A DNA stretch of 64,000 nucleotides. It comes from Malacoraja senta. Its lineage: Eukaryota. The notes beneath the pieces are model-generated. The model made no database searches and was not told where the DNA came from. It was given only the letters and a program-made list of their open reading frames with translations. The position numbers were made by a program, and so were the translations under genes. Numbering within the stretch: position 1 is the first letter of the stretch; each line of letters opens with the position of its first letter. Location of the stretch: assembly GCA_038087875.1 (NCBI GenBank), contig JAXLNO010000655.1, positions 1-64,000 of the forward strand. The letters run 5' to 3'. Below are positions 47,517-61,337 of this stretch, piece by piece.

Positions 47517-49756
47517 GGTCAGCGTGGACTCGGTGAGCCAAAGGGCCTGTTTCTGTGCTGTATCTCCAATGTCTAAAGTAAATAAACGAATATTGATGCC
47601 AAGGTGGGTACCTGGAGACGGAGTCTAGGTTGTAAGTTGCATCCAGTGTTTTTCTGCTCATATTTAGTGCATCTTATGAAGTTGTCTGATAGTTACAAAC
47701 ACCTGGGCTGTATCATGTCGAACACATGTGGTAAGGATTCGAGACGATATATTATTTTTGTAACTCATTAAAATTTACAAGGCTTTTCGAAATTTCCATG
47801 TTTGTTTTCTGTCTGATACGGCGGGTGGAAAATTCTACAAAAGAATTCTCCAGTGTTAATGGACAATAAAAATCCCGCTGAACTTCCACCGCCTGGAGTG
47901 ACAGTGATGAAGTCCACATTTGCGTCTCTGGTAACTGTGTTATAATCCCAATTAAGATGTTAACTAGAAAAGATGGCATGAAATGAAGGTGCCTGAATAA
48001 GAGTTCCCTACCATCGGGAGAACTAAATAGTGTCAGAAAAACAAGGAGAAGTCCTGTTGTACCTCCTCCACCGTTCCATCAAATCATAGATGATCCGATG
48101 GCTTAGTGTTCTCAGAGACCCCCCAAACCCTAGGGTTCTCTTACTCTTCGCCCCCAAGACTATTGACTACCAAGACCATTTGTTGATCTCAACTTAAACA
48201 TGGTATCTGTGGCTCCACAACCTAGACAGGGCGCCAAAAATAATGACAAGGATGTTGCCTTGACTGGGGAGCCTCAGTTGTAAGATATTTGACCAGGAGC
48301 AAAGGTTCAGAGGGATATGGACCAAACTCAGGCAAATGGGACCAACGTAGTTCTGTACGTTGGGCTGAAGGGGTTGGGCTGAATGGCAGGTTCCATGTGT
48401 ATAAAAATTACATGTAAAAAATTATATGTAAAATTATGAGAGGCACAGACAGGGTAGACAGTCAGACAGGGTGGAAATGTCAAAGGTTAGAGGGAATAAC
48501 TTTAAGGTGAAATGGTCAAAGTTTAAAGGAGATATGCAAGGCAAGTTTTCTACACGTAGGGTGTTGGGTGCCTGGAACAAGTTGTCAAAGTGGTGGTGGA
48601 GGCAGATATAATGGTGGCATGTAAGGAAGGGGGTTTTAAACATGGATACGGACCTGGATATGCAAAGGATTGAAGGTATGGATCACATGCAGGCAGAGGC
48701 ATTTAGTTTAATTTGGCACCATGTTCGGCATGGACATTGTGGGCCAAAGGGTCTGTTCCTGCACTGTACTGTTCTTTGCTCTTTGAATCTACGATCCTAT
48801 AAGTTTCTAGTGCAGAGAGTTCCAAAGACTCATTGTTCTCTGTAAAGAAATGTTGTCACATCTCAGTCCTGGCATTAAAATGCCAATTAATGTTAGTGCA
48901 TTGGGCAGAATTCTGCACTGTCCTTAGTTCACGCTACTGCACCATGGGAGGGTAGACATCCAGGGGTCCAGGCTGCGGGCAGTCAAGGGTTCCATCCATG
49001 TCGACTGTCTAGCCCTCATCCGGGGTTGAGTCCATGCTCAAGTGTCCCAGCAACGGGAGCACACCGTGTCCACAGCCACCTTGGACATCTTCTGGGAGCA
49101 GTGGTGTCTTGACTGCATCTTAGATAGAAAGTAATCACGTCTTAATTTGAATGTCAGTTGCATGTGCACTTTTTGCATTGGGACAATTTCTGGAGTATTG
49201 TATTAGTTGACTTTTAAAGCAGGTAATAAATCTGCTTCTCTGTTCACAAAAAGGGGAGTGGGTTATGAGGAGAAGGCAGAAGAATGGGGTTGAGGGAAAA
49301 ATAGAGCACAATGCAATGGTGGTGCATCTCGCTGGGCCAAATCCTTTGTCTTACGGCCTGTTCCCGGTCCTGTGTTATTTTACTCTCTAGGAGAATGTGG
49401 GAGAGTGCTATAGTGAAGTCCGCTTCCTCGCACCAGGTTCATCTCCATCATACTTGGGTTAACCTCTCTGTTCAAGGTGTCAACTTCACCTGCTGTAGGT
49501 CCCTTCACTATCCATTGACTGTGAGCAATTAGGCCATTAGTTTAGTTTAGTTTAGTTTGGGCCCCATAGCGGAAGCGTCCATGTTGTGGGATGGAAACTG
49601 GAAGTATCCTGAACTAATTCTGCTACCACCATCAACTATTGCAACAAGTGATGGCTCCTACTGATTGACCACCGGAAGCTTGCGCCCTTTTCAGGACGGA
49701 CGATGACAGCGAGGTCAACATTTGAAACATGGAAGATGGACAAGAAAGAAGAAGAA

Positions 49757-50045
49757 ATTTAGTTTAGAGATACAGCGCGGAAACAGGCCCTTTGGCCCAC
49801 CTAGTCCGCACCGACCAGCGATCCCCGCACATTAACACTATCCTACACCGACCAGGGACAATTTTTTAAAATATTTACCAAGCCAATTAACCTACAAACC
49901 TGTATGTCTTTGGAGTGTGGGAGGAAACCGAAGATCTCAGAGAAAACATACGCAGGTCACAGGGAGAACGTACAAACTCCGTCCAGACAGCACCCGTAGC
50001 AGGATTGAACCCGGGTCGATGGCGCTGCATTCCCTGTAAGGCAGC
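49757..50045 (-). mobile_element. V-SINE (HE1-like)
   Basis: Reverse-complement tail TTTAGTTTAGAGATACAGCGCGGAAACAGGCCC, V-core and B-box. Confidence 0.85.
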
Positions 50046-50879
50046 GTTGTAGACACCGGAGGCTGCGGATGCTGGAATATTGAGCATAGATCAAACTGTT
50101 GGAAGAACTCAGCGGATCATAAGTGCTAGGAGCATAATTAGGCCTTTTGGTCCATCAAGTCCACCAAACCATTCAATCATGACTGATCTTTCTTTCCCTC
50201 TCAACCCCATTCTCTTGCCTTCTCCCCTGACGCCCATACTAATCAAGAATCTATTAATCTCTGCTTTAAAATATCCATTGACTTGGCCTCCACAGCTGTC
50301 TGTGGCAATGAATTCCACAGATTCACCATCCTGTGACTGAAGCAATTGCTCCTCATCTCCTTTCTAAAAGTATGTCCTTTTATTCTGAGGCTTTGGCCTC
50401 TCCCACTACTGGAAACATCATCTCCACATCTCATCTTTACTCTCAAGCCTTTCTTGACGTCCTCTGAGTGAGGGCTATATGTATGTATTTATGTATGTAC
50501 TTAATCTATGAACCACTGTTGTATAACGTTAGTACCTCCACCAATGTAAAGCACTTTGGCCAACGAGAGTTGTTTTTTAAATGTGCTATATAAATAAAAG
50601 TGACTTGACACTCTATCCAGGCAATTCACTATTGATTAATTCAGGCAACATGTGTGGAAGGAATGGACAGACTCTTTTGTGTCGTGACTGCTGTCCTACG
50701 AAAGCAGTTGAAGTAAGTGAGATAACAAACTTTCAATTGCAAAAAGGCAAACATGTAGAGGCAAATGTTTACAGGTAGTTGCAGTGCTCTTAATTATTTT
50801 ATTGACAGTGATGCAGAAAGATAAAAGGATTTACATTTGCTGAAGCATGCTTCACATCCACGGGACATCCTGGAAATTT

Positions 50880-51210
50880 GTACAGATCTACAGGTATACA
50901 GTAGAGAGCGTACTGAATGGTTGCATAATGGCCTGGTTGGGCAACCCAAATGTTCAGGAATTAAAGAGACTACAGAGAGTGGTAGACGCTGCCCGATCCA
51001 TCACAGGCACTGTCCTCTGCACCATTGAAGCAATCTACAGGAGGTGCTGCTTCAAAAAGGCAGCCAATATCATCCAAGACCCACACCACCCTGGCCACAC
51101 TCTTATCTCACTGCCCACCATCGGGAAGAAGGTGGAGGAGCTTGAAAACTGTGACCACCATGTTCAAGGACAGCTTCTTCCAAGCAACCGTGAGGCTATT
51201 GAATACCACG
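50880..51210 (+). mobile_element. Rex1/Babar- or L2-type LINE 3' RT fragment
   Basis: YRYTVESVLNGCIMAW.GN...RLQRVV..A..I.G...IIQDPHHPGH...KDSFFQATVRLLN, with a frameshift. Confidence 0.75.
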
Positions 51211-52202
51211 CAGCAGTAAATGCAGTAACCATGATGTGGAGGAAAGAACTGCAGATGCCGGCTTATGCCCAAGAAAGACACAACATACTGGAGTAACTCA
51301 ACCGGTCAGGCAGCATCTCTGGAGAAAAAGAATAGATGACGTTTCGGATTGGAGGGGTTCCAATAGTAGCCACTAGAATCTGATGGATTGAAAAGCACTT
51401 GGGATGTCCTGAGGCCATGAACAGTACAAAACAAACTTTGATTCTTTCAGTCTGAAGAAGGGACCCAACCTGAAATGTCACCTATTCTTTTTCTCCAGAG
51501 ATGTTGCCTGACCCGCTGAGTTACTCCAGCATTTTGTGTCTATCTACAGCAACTAAGATATTCTATGGATTGTATCTTTGGTTGCACTGTAGACTTTGGG
51601 TTTGGCCTAATGTGGCTACCTGGTATCGTGCTCATTAAGTGTTTTTGATCGCATATTATCTGTATGTTGTTGCGATTACGGGCTTGTTAAGCTGCAATAA
51701 GTGGGAATGTCATTGTTCCGTTATATGTACGTATGACAATGAAATTCTCTTGACCCTTGACTCTCGAAAAGCACGGACAATGAAACACCGATGTTGTCGC
51801 TTTGCAGGTGAACCCATTCAGGCCGAGCTAGTTGCAACAGGGGGCTAATGACAAGTTGCTGGTTGATCGTTGACTCAGGCAGCATTGATGGAGTGATGAG
51901 TGTCAGAAGGATCACACAGAGGCCTAAGGTCATCAAGATTAGTGTCATCGTGTCATCAAGATCAATCAAAGGATGGGCACCCCTGACAATGTCAAATTAA
52001 TTCAATACTCTGTCTCACCCCAACCCCATCATCTGTTTACCACCTGGTGCCTGGAATCACATGAACAATAGCCTAACCATCAAACAACTCCCCAATAGAC
52101 AGCAGGCCATTTCAATTTGGCATCATGGCTGGCATGAATCCAATGGGCTGAAGGGCCTGCTGCTGTGCAGTACTATTCTGTGTTCTATGTTCAGATCACT
52201 GT

Positions 52203-52520
52203 AGGGGCAGCATGGTGGCGCAGCGGCAGAGTTGCTGCCTTGCAGCGTCAGAGATCCGGGTTCGATCCTGACTATGGGTGCTTGCCTGTACGGAGTTTGC
52301 ACGTTCTCCCCGTGACCTCATGGGTTTTCTCCGGGTTCTCCGGTTTCCTCCCACACTCCAAAGACGCACAGGTTTGCCGGTTAATTGGCTTGGTATAATC
52401 GCAAATTGTACCTAGTGTGTGTTGGATAGTGGTAATGTGCGGCGATCGCTGGTTGGCAAGGACTCGTTGGGCCGAAGGGCCTGTCTGCATGCTCCATCTC
52501 TAACCTAAACTAAACTAAAC
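52203..52520 (+). mobile_element. V-SINE (HE1-like)
   Basis: GGTGGCGCAGCGGCAGAG...GGGTTCGATCC head, V-core and (CTAAA)n tail. Confidence 0.88.
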
Positions 52521-53322
52521 ACTTACCCAAAGTTTTAAGTCTCTTCAGCTCCAAATGAATGGGAGCTTTAATAAACACTCACTCACTGCCCACTCTAAAC
52601 CAAAAGAGGGCCAGGTATGAGGGTTCTTTGTCAGATTAGATTTTTTTTTCTCTTGTCCACTTTATATAATTTTCTGAATTATATAATTTAAGATCTTTAA
52701 CCTGTCTCGACCTGAAATGTCACCCATCCTTCTTTCTAGAGATGCTGCTTGTCCGGCTGCATTACTCCAGCATTTTGTGTCTACCTTCGATTTAAACCAG
52801 CATCTGCAGTTCTTTCCTACACATGTCAACTCTGTTTCCATCTCCAAAGATGCTGCCTGACCTGCTGAGCAGTTTCAGAATTTTGTTTTATAAATTTCAT
52901 GATGTTATAAAGTGGACAAGAACCTAAAACGAACTTAAAGAACCCTCATTCTTGACCCTCTGTAGGTTTGGAGTGGGCAGAGAGAGAGAGAGAGAGATCT
53001 AAAACCTTTGGGTAAGTGATCCGAACATAGAACATAGAACAGCGGAGCACAGGGACAGGCCCTTCGGCCCATGATGTCTGTGCCGACCATGATGCCAATT
53101 TAAATTGTATATATGCCGGCATGTGGCCTCTATTCCTCAATTGCCCGCCATTGTGGGGGAAAGACATTTTCACACAGAAATTGATGATGATATGGAGTTA
53201 CTGGGGTGGTGGAAGCAGGCTCGATCTGGGTTTTTCAAATGGAATTTGGATGGGAACTGAAAGAGAATTGATCGGCAAGGCTCTGGGAAGGAAGCAGTGA
53301 AAAGGCCTCTCTACTCGGAGGC

Positions 53323-53978
53323 GAGAGTGGATGTAGTGTACCTGGACTTTCAGAAAGCATTTGATAAGGTCCCATATAGGAGATTAGTGGGCAAAATTAG
53401 GGCACATGGTATTGGGGATAGAGTGCTGACATGGATAGAAAATTGGTTGGCAGACAGGAAACAAAGAGTAGGGATTAATGGGTCCCTTGCAGAATGGCAG
53501 GCAGTGACTAGTGGGGTACCGCAAGGCTCGGTGCTGGGACCGCAGCTATTTACAATATACATCAATGATTTGGATGAAGGGATTCAAAGTAACATTAGCA
53601 AATTTGCAGATGACACAAAGCTGGGTGGCAGTGTGAACTGCAAGGAGGATGCTATGAGAATGCAGGGTGACTTGGGGAGTCTAGAACCTGGGGCCACAGT
53701 TTAAGAATAAGGGGTAAGCCATTTAGAGCAAGAGATGAGGAAACATTTTTTCTCAGAGAGTTGTGAGTGTGGAATTCTCTGCCTCAGAGGGCGGTGGAGG
53801 CCGACTCTCTGGATACTTTCAAGAGAGAGCTGGATAGGGCTCTTAAAGATAGCGGAGTCAGGGGATATGGGGAGAAGGCAGGAATGGGGTACTGATTGGG
53901 GATGATCAGCCATGATCACATTGAATGGCGGTGCTGGCTCAAAGGGCCGAATGGCCTACTCCTGCACCTATTGTCTAT
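53323..53978 (+). mobile_element. CR1 fragment with internal deletion
   Basis: VDVVYLDFQKAFDKV...[10 protein letters not shown]...FADD joined directly to the ORF2 end and 3' UTR. Confidence 0.85.
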
Positions 53979-54305
53979 TGAGAGGGACATAAAGTCACTG
54001 AGCTGTAGGCAGGGAGATTGAGCCTTGTCCATACCCAACTTGTCCATGCCGACCAAGCTGCCTAACCACTTGCCTTCTCCTGGCCCACATCCCTCCAAAC
54101 CTTTCCTGTACATGTGCCTGTGCGACTGTCTTTTAAATATAATAATTGCCCCTGCCTCGGCCACTTCCTCTGGCAGTTCATTCCATGTACCAACCAATCT
54201 CTGTGTGAAAAAGAGGGCTTGCTTTATTCACCCAGTTGATTTAGCCCACTCGATGAGTTGAACGGCTCCCATCGGTGTTGTACAAATTACATAGAACATA
54301 GAATT

Positions 54306-54630
54306 GGGCGGCACGGTGGCGCAGCGGTAGAGCTACAGCCTTACAGCGGCAGAGACCCGGGTTCGATCCTGACTACGGGTGCTGTCTGTACGGAGTTTGC
54401 ACGTTCTCCCCCCGACCTGCGTGGGTTTTCTCCAAGATCTTCGTTTTCCTCCCACGCTCCAAATACGTGCAGGTTTGTAGGTTAATTGGCTTGGTATAAA
54501 TGTAAAAAAATGGTCCCTAGTGTGTGTAGGACAGTGTTAATGTGCGGGGATCGTTGGTTGGCGCGGACCCGGTGGGCCGAAGGGTCTGTTTCCGCGCTGT
54601 ATCTCTAAGCTAAACTAGACAAAACTAAAC
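54306..54630 (+). mobile_element. V-SINE (HE1-like), near full length
   Basis: GGGCGGCACGGTGGCGCAGCGGTAGAG A-box, GGTTCGATCC B-box, V-core and CTAAA tail. Confidence 0.9.
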
Positions 54631-55998
54631 TGTCCAGCGTAGGAACTGACCCTTCAGCCCACAACATGATGCCAAGTTAAACCAAATTAAACATGATGCC
54701 AAGTTAAACTAATCTCATCTGCTTCATGTAATCCATATCCCCCCATGTCGATCTGAAAGCCTATTAAATGGCCTTGCCCTATCTGCTTCCACCACCACCC
54801 CTGGCAGCGCCTTCTAGACACCCACCACGCTCTTTGTAAAAAGCCTGCCCCTCACATCTCCTTTAAACTTTACCCTTTTCCACCCTGGGAAAAAGGTTCT
54901 GACAGTCTATCCTCTTGATGCTCCATAGTTTTATCTACATCTATGCATGGTGCATGGTGGAGAAAGCGAACAGAACATAAACAAGTTGGCTCAGTCCCAA
55001 GTTGGCTCATGGTTGCTTATGTCACCCAGTCCCATCTTCCAAACTCGGAAACAAACAATATTCTCGCTAGTCAGATTTGATAGATAGGTACAGCATGGAA
55101 ACAGGCCATTCGGCCCACCGGGACCGTGCCGATCATGAACCACCCATTCACACTAAACGTGAATTAATTCATCAGGATTAATTATATAATCCCATGAATC
55201 CCATCTTATTCTCCCCACATTCTCATCAGATTCTACCACACACTTAACACACTGGGGGCAATTTTTTGTAGAAACCAGAAAACCACACGGTCACAGGGAG
55301 AGCATACAAACTCCACACAGAAAATAGCCAGAGGTCAGGGTCAATCTCTGGTTCTGTGAAGCAGTGGCTCTACCAGCTGTGCCACTGTGCCGGCCGCAGT
55401 GTAGATCAGCTGCCAGGGAGGGAGTTCCATGATCTAGACCCAGTGAGTTTGAAGAAATGGCGTTACGTTTCCAGGTCAGGATGGCGTGTGACTGGCAGGG
55501 GATCCTACAGGCGATGTGCCTGTTGCCTTTGTCCTTCATGCTGGTAGATCTCACGGCTTTGGGACGTGCTTTTGGAGTGGTCTGGGTGAGCAAATACCGT
55601 GAGCCCGGGATGGAGGGAGTGGTGGTTGGAGCGTTGCTTGGCCTTGGATGGTGTCAAGCTTCTCGAGGGTTAAATGCAAAGTATTGGAGTAACTCAGCGG
55701 GTCAGGCAACATCTCAGGAGGACATGGATAGATGACGTTCTGGGTCATGTCCCTTCTTCATACTCACAAGAGTTGTTGGGTGCTGCACTCAATGCAGGGG
55801 AGAGTATTGTATCGCACTCCTGCCTTGTGCTCTGTAGACAAGGGATTGAATTAGAGATATAAGGCTATTAACCAAAGAACAATTCGAATGGATTGCAGGT
55901 TTGGGAAGCTAGACAAAAGTGATTGTCAGAAGCATGTTTAGCATTGGTCACTAATTTTGGGCCATTTCACATAAGCGCTTATAAAAATAAGATGGAAG

Positions 55999-56804
55999 CT
56001 ATTTGAAACTGGAAGGTTCCTCAAGTTTCTTCTTGGTGTTGAGCTTGTAGATGGTCTGGTAGCCATCATCCCAGGCATAGAGTTGCCGCTCCCGGGGGTT
56101 GTAGTGGATCATGGAGTGCTTGCCGTAACGCTTGGGGAAGTAGAGGGCGGGGAGGTCGGCGCTGGTCACCGTATCAACAACGTCGTAGATGCACTGGACG
56201 TGGGAGCGGCCACCGGAGTGGGTGTTGTAGACCACATAGAGGGTCCCGCAGAGCACGAAGGCTGCCTCGGCCCCCTTGCTGGTGCAGGAGGTGTCCCAGG
56301 TGTGCTCCACCGCCAGGTTGTTCTGGTCCAACTTGGTGAGCACGATGGTGCCGTCGCCGCTGTTCTCCGGCTCGGCGTGGATGGCCCAGAGGCCCTGCTC
56401 GTCCAGCGCCAGGTCGATGAAGGTGCCGGGCGTGAGCTGGTAGGCAGGGATCCGCCCGGCCCCTTGCAGCAGCATGCGGTCGCTCGCCGTCCTGTTCCGC
56501 ATGTCGTACTTGATGATTTGGTTGAGCGTGCCGTTGGAGTGGAAGTAGAGGAAGCCATTGTGGACCACGTGCCCCGTCCCTTGCCACGCCAGCGGCAGCG
56601 TCACCCTCTTGGGCGCCTGCCTCCCCGTGCTGTCCATGAAGGCCCTGATGCCGACGAACTCCACGAACGAGTTGCCGCTCGTCCCGCTGAAGAAATAGAT
56701 CTTGTGGAAATCCCGCACCGGGTCCTTTATCCAGGAGCCCTGGGCCTCACCCGCCTTCTTCACGATCTTCAGAGACTTGAAGCTGGTGAGCATGCTGTCA
56801 CAAT
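55999..56804 (-). CDS. OLFML1: Olfactomedin-like protein 1, last coding exon (olfactomedin domain)
   Basis: CDSMLTSFKSLKIVKK...GSWIKD...WQGTGHVV...IDLALDEQGLWAIH...WDTSC...AFVLCGTLYVVY...HSMIHYNPRERQLYAWDDG. Acceptor CCCCCTGCAG at 56805 in phase 1 and TAG stop at 55999-56001. SLKIVKK, GIRAFM, DRMLL and HSMIHYNP are closer to recalled OLFML1 than OLFML3. Confidence 0.9.
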
Positions 56805-58867
56805 CTGCAGGGGGTGTGGACAGAGGGAAGAGAAAATAGAAAACAGAAATAACTTTTCTTGCCAATAAGATGAGAGAGAGGGGGGACCTCATTGAAACTT
56901 ACCGAACAGTAAAAGGCCTGGATAGAGTGGATGTGGAGAGGATGTTCCCACTAGCGGGAGCGTCTAGGACTAGAGGTCATAGCCTCAGAATAAAAGGACG
57001 TACCTTTAAAAAGATGAGGAGGAACTTCTTTAGTCAGAGGGTGGTGAACCTGTGGTATTCATTGCCACCGAAGACTGTGGACAATGGATATTTGGCAACC
57101 TTTTCACCCAGAGAAGAGTCTGGAAAGGAAGTTACTGTATAAAAGTGGTTATAATTATGACTTTTAGAAGACTTTGTAGAGATTAATGGATGGGATGGAT
57201 TAATGAGGCTATGGGCGAAATGCAGACAAATGGGACTAGTCAATATGTCAACTTGGTCAACATGGACAAGGTGGGCCGAAGGGCCTGATTCCAGCTGTAA
57301 AGCTCTATGATTCTAAATGGTGCGAGGTTTTAAAACCAGCATAACAGCTGGATTGATGCCCCATTGGTAAAGTCTTTCCAAGTGTTTAGTTTGACCTCGC
57401 ATTGTATCAGTGGGCGACCCAGTTCCAGGAACTGCAATTGAATCCAGCTGTTAGCAATAGCTGGCGCCATGTTCTGAGTGCTCGACTAGCTATTGGGAAT
57501 TGAAAGTGGATTAACAGAAGGATTAATATTTGGCTGCATAACTGTACGGGTTGAAACTCCCAGCTGTGTGCATATCCAATGAGGAAACATGTCCAACTTG
57601 CTTTCCAAGCGGAACGCAAAATGCAGAGAGGTTCCCAATGAGCCAGGCAGCGCCTGCGAAGGGAAATGGACAGATGATCTATCGGGGGTGAACGTTCTTC
57701 TGATTGATGGAGTAGGGGGGAGAAAATTGGCGAAAAGAAAAATGACACAAAGTGCTGGAGTAACTCAGCGGAGTAGGCTGATCCCTGGATCTCTGGAGAG
57801 GAGGCAAGTGGTAGGTTGATACAGGTGAGGGGGTTTTGACTGTCGGATGGGTGGAGCAACTGACAAAGTCCGGAAGTGAAAAGGAGGCAAAAGGGTATCA
57901 GACAAGGAGAGGAAGGGAGTGAAGCCAGAAGAGGGATATGGGTGGAAGGGGACAGGGGGGAGTTAAAAGGGAAACGGGAGACTCAGAGATGTGAGATGAG
58001 CTTACAAAGGAGGGGAAAGGAGTAGGAGTGGTGGGAGATGGTGGAAAGACTATAGTACATGTTTACGATTGAGCCATCCACCGTGTACAGATATGATAAA
58101 GGGAGCAACATTTAATACAAGGTAATGTCCAGTAAAGTCCGATTAAAAATAGTCCGGGGTCATCCGTGAGGTAAATGGTAGCTCAGGGCTGCTCTCTAGT
58201 TGGTGATAGGATGGTTCAGTTGCCTGATAACAGCTGGGCAGAAACTCTCTGAATCTGGAGGTGTGCGTTTTCACACTTCTGTACCTCTTGCCTGATGGGA
58301 GAGGGGAGAAGAGGGAGTGACCAGGGTGAGACTAGTCCTTGATTATGCTGCCGGCCTTGCCGAGGTTACTCAAGACAGACTGAGGTAAGGAGATGCTGGA
58401 GGAGGAATATCAACCCTGTCAAGGTTTGTAGATGGTTGGATCAACTTTGGTACAGGTAGGGGGAAAGATTTGTCACTGGTCCAAACTGTTGCTTCACTGT
58501 GACAGGAAAACAATCCTGATCAGACTAATTAGGATTAAGTTTGTTATTGTCATGTTTACCGAGCTACAGTGAAAAGCTTTGCTTTGCATGCTGTCTAATC
58601 AGATCAGATAACACCACACATAAATACATCAAATCAAACTTGTAATTCAAGCTAAGAGATCCAAGCTTCCAAAATGTGCAGGAAGGAACTGCAGATGCTG
58701 GTTTATACCGAAAATAGTCACAAAGTGCTGGAGTCACTCAGCGGGTCAGGCAGTATCATTCCGACCCGAAGCGTCACCTATTCCTTTTCTCCAGAGATGC
58801 TGCCTGATCCACTGAGTTGCTCCAGCATTCCGTGTCTATCTTCGAGATCCAAGCTTAGTTCAGGCTA

Positions 58868-59163
58868 GTTTGTTTAGAGATACAGTGACAAAACATGCCC
58901 TTCGGTCCACCGAGTCCACGCGGACCAGTGATCACCCATACACTAGTTCTATCCTACACACTAGGGACAATTTACAGAAGCTAATGAACTTACATATCTG
59001 CACGTCTTTAGAATGTGGGAGGAAATCGGAGCACCTGGAGAAAAACCCACGGGGTCACAGGGAGAATGTACAAACTCAGTATAGTACAGGTAGCACCAGT
59101 GGTCAGGATTGAACCCGGGTCTCTGACGCTGTGAGGCAGCAACTCTACCGCTGCGCCACCGTG
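58868..59163 (-). mobile_element. V-SINE (HE1-like) in OLFML1 intron
   Basis: Reverse-complement head, core and tail. Confidence 0.85.
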
Positions 59164-61337
59164 CATTTCCTCTGACAGATCATTCCATATAAACACCACC
59201 CTCTGTTAAAATGTTGCCCCTTTGGTTCCATTTCATCTTTCCCCTCTCACTGTAAACCCATGTGCTCGAGTTCTTGAGTCCCCTACCCCAGGAAAAAAGA
59301 CTGCATTCACCCTATCTATTCCCTTCATAATTTAATTGCATGTAGAGCGACAGTCAAAAGAGGTTATCGTTGAGTTGTTTGACAGGAAGTCACTAATATA
59401 AATAGGGCCAGTGTGTTTCCGATTTTCATTTCATTTGCCTCTTTGCTGGTTTGAATTGGTTGAGGACTTGCTACGGGAGAAGACCTGCTGTGATGATCTT
59501 ATAGAGGTGTATAAAATCATCAGAGGAATAGATTAGGTAGACATACAGAGTCTCTTGCCCAGAGTAAGGGAATCGAGAGTAAGGGTGGCATAGGTTTAAG
59601 GTGAAGGGGGAAAGATTTTACAGGAATCCGCGAGGTAACATTTTCACACAAAGGGTGGTGGGTGAATAGAGCAAGCTGCCAGAGGAGGTAGTTGAGTGCC
59701 AGGACTATCACAACATTTAAGATATGGGGAGAAGGCAGGAACGGGGTACTGATTTTGGATGATCAGCCATGATCACATTGAATGGCGGTGCTGGCTTGAA
59801 GGGCCGAATGGCCTACTCCTGCACCTATTGTCTATGTATCTATGTAACACCCTGACTGATGAAGGCCATTGCCCCAAAAGCCATTGGTATACTTGTGCAC
59901 AATTATTGTCCCATTGCCCCATAGCACCCTATCCACCTGTGATGCCACTTTTAGGGAACTATTGCCTGTACTTCCAGATCCGTCTGCTCTACAACATTCC
60001 CCAAGGCTCTTACATTTACCGTGAAGGTCCTGCCCTGGTTTGTCTTCCCAAAATGCAACGACTCGCACTTATCCGCATTAAACTCTATTAAACGCCATCC
60101 CTTGGCCCACTTGCCAATTGATCAAGATCCTGTGGTAATTCTCCAAAACCATCTTCACTGCCTATGATTTTGCCAACTTTGGTGACATCTGAATACTTGC
60201 ATTTCTACGCTTGGATTGCTGTCTCTGGGGAACTGGGGATTGAGTGGAGACCTGCTAGAAGTGCTGTATATAAACATTATTCCTCATAATTCCAATTCCC
60301 AAAGATTGCAGATCTAATCATGGGAAGAAACCCTTCTCCCAGGAATTCCCATCCGATATCGATATATCACGTGTTAGATATTGGTATAGTTTTATTATTG
60401 TCACCTGTCCCGAGACACAGTGAAAAGCTTTGCTTGCATGCTACGCAGTGAATTCATACTATACATGAGCACCCTCAAGCCATCCAAATTGTAGTACAAA
60501 GAGAAAAATGGCAGATGGGAGAATATAGTGTTACAGCGTGTGGTGTTACAGTTACAGAGAAAATGCAGATAGGAAAAAGTGCGAGGGTCGTAATGAGGGA
60601 GGTTGAGAGGTCACAAATACTGCCTGGCTTCTGGGTGGACCGTTCACTGGTCTGGTATTAACGGGGAAGAAGTTGCTCCCGAATCTGGAGTCATGTTTAA
60701 TAACAATAAACGCTGATGGCAGCAAGGGTACAGTCAGCAAATCAGGACGGGGACTTCATTGTTCATCACCAAGAATGGCTTGACAGCACCAGCACTGAGC
60801 CAACTGAATGAGTCCTGACATAAGCTATGGGCAGACTGGGTCCGTGGCACTAAAGAGTAATAAATCCATTTGATATCATCCTCACCAAATGATTTGTGTC
60901 AGTTAGATTTGTCCACGACACCACTGTAACATTATACTCTGCACTCTGTTTATTTTCTCTTTTGCCCCAACTGATATACTCATGCATGGCATGATTTCAC
61001 TGGATAGAATGCAAAATAAATGTTACCACTGTATCGCGGTGTGGACAAGGTGAGTGTAAGGTCCTATGTCAGTGCAGTATAGGTCTATGACTCTAGGTGG
61101 AAGTCCGGAGAATGTGCAAACTCCACTCAGTCAGCATCCAATGTCAGGATCGAACCCAAGCACTTGGAGCTGTGCAGCAGTGACTCCACTCTGATGTGCT
61201 ACCCCTACTGAATCAGTCAAGGTCTTACCCCACACTCAGTCAATTGTCTCCATGTCGCCATGGATGAACTATAATGAAGAACCTTAACTTCCTCCCAACG
61301 TGCCTGTCTCCACAACATTTTTACCTCATAAAAGGAC

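Noticed and set aside
54306..54380. tRNA gene-like A/B boxes (also in the other SINE heads)
   Set aside because: They are V-SINE heads followed by core and tail, with no complete cloverleaf.
56083..56868. 261-aa plus-strand ORF
   Set aside because: Antisense shadow of the GC3-rich OLFML1 exon.
56805..56892. Apparent N-terminus MRSPLSLILLARK of the 297-aa ORF
   Set aside because: Intronic read-through into a CR1 fragment upstream of the true acceptor at 56805.
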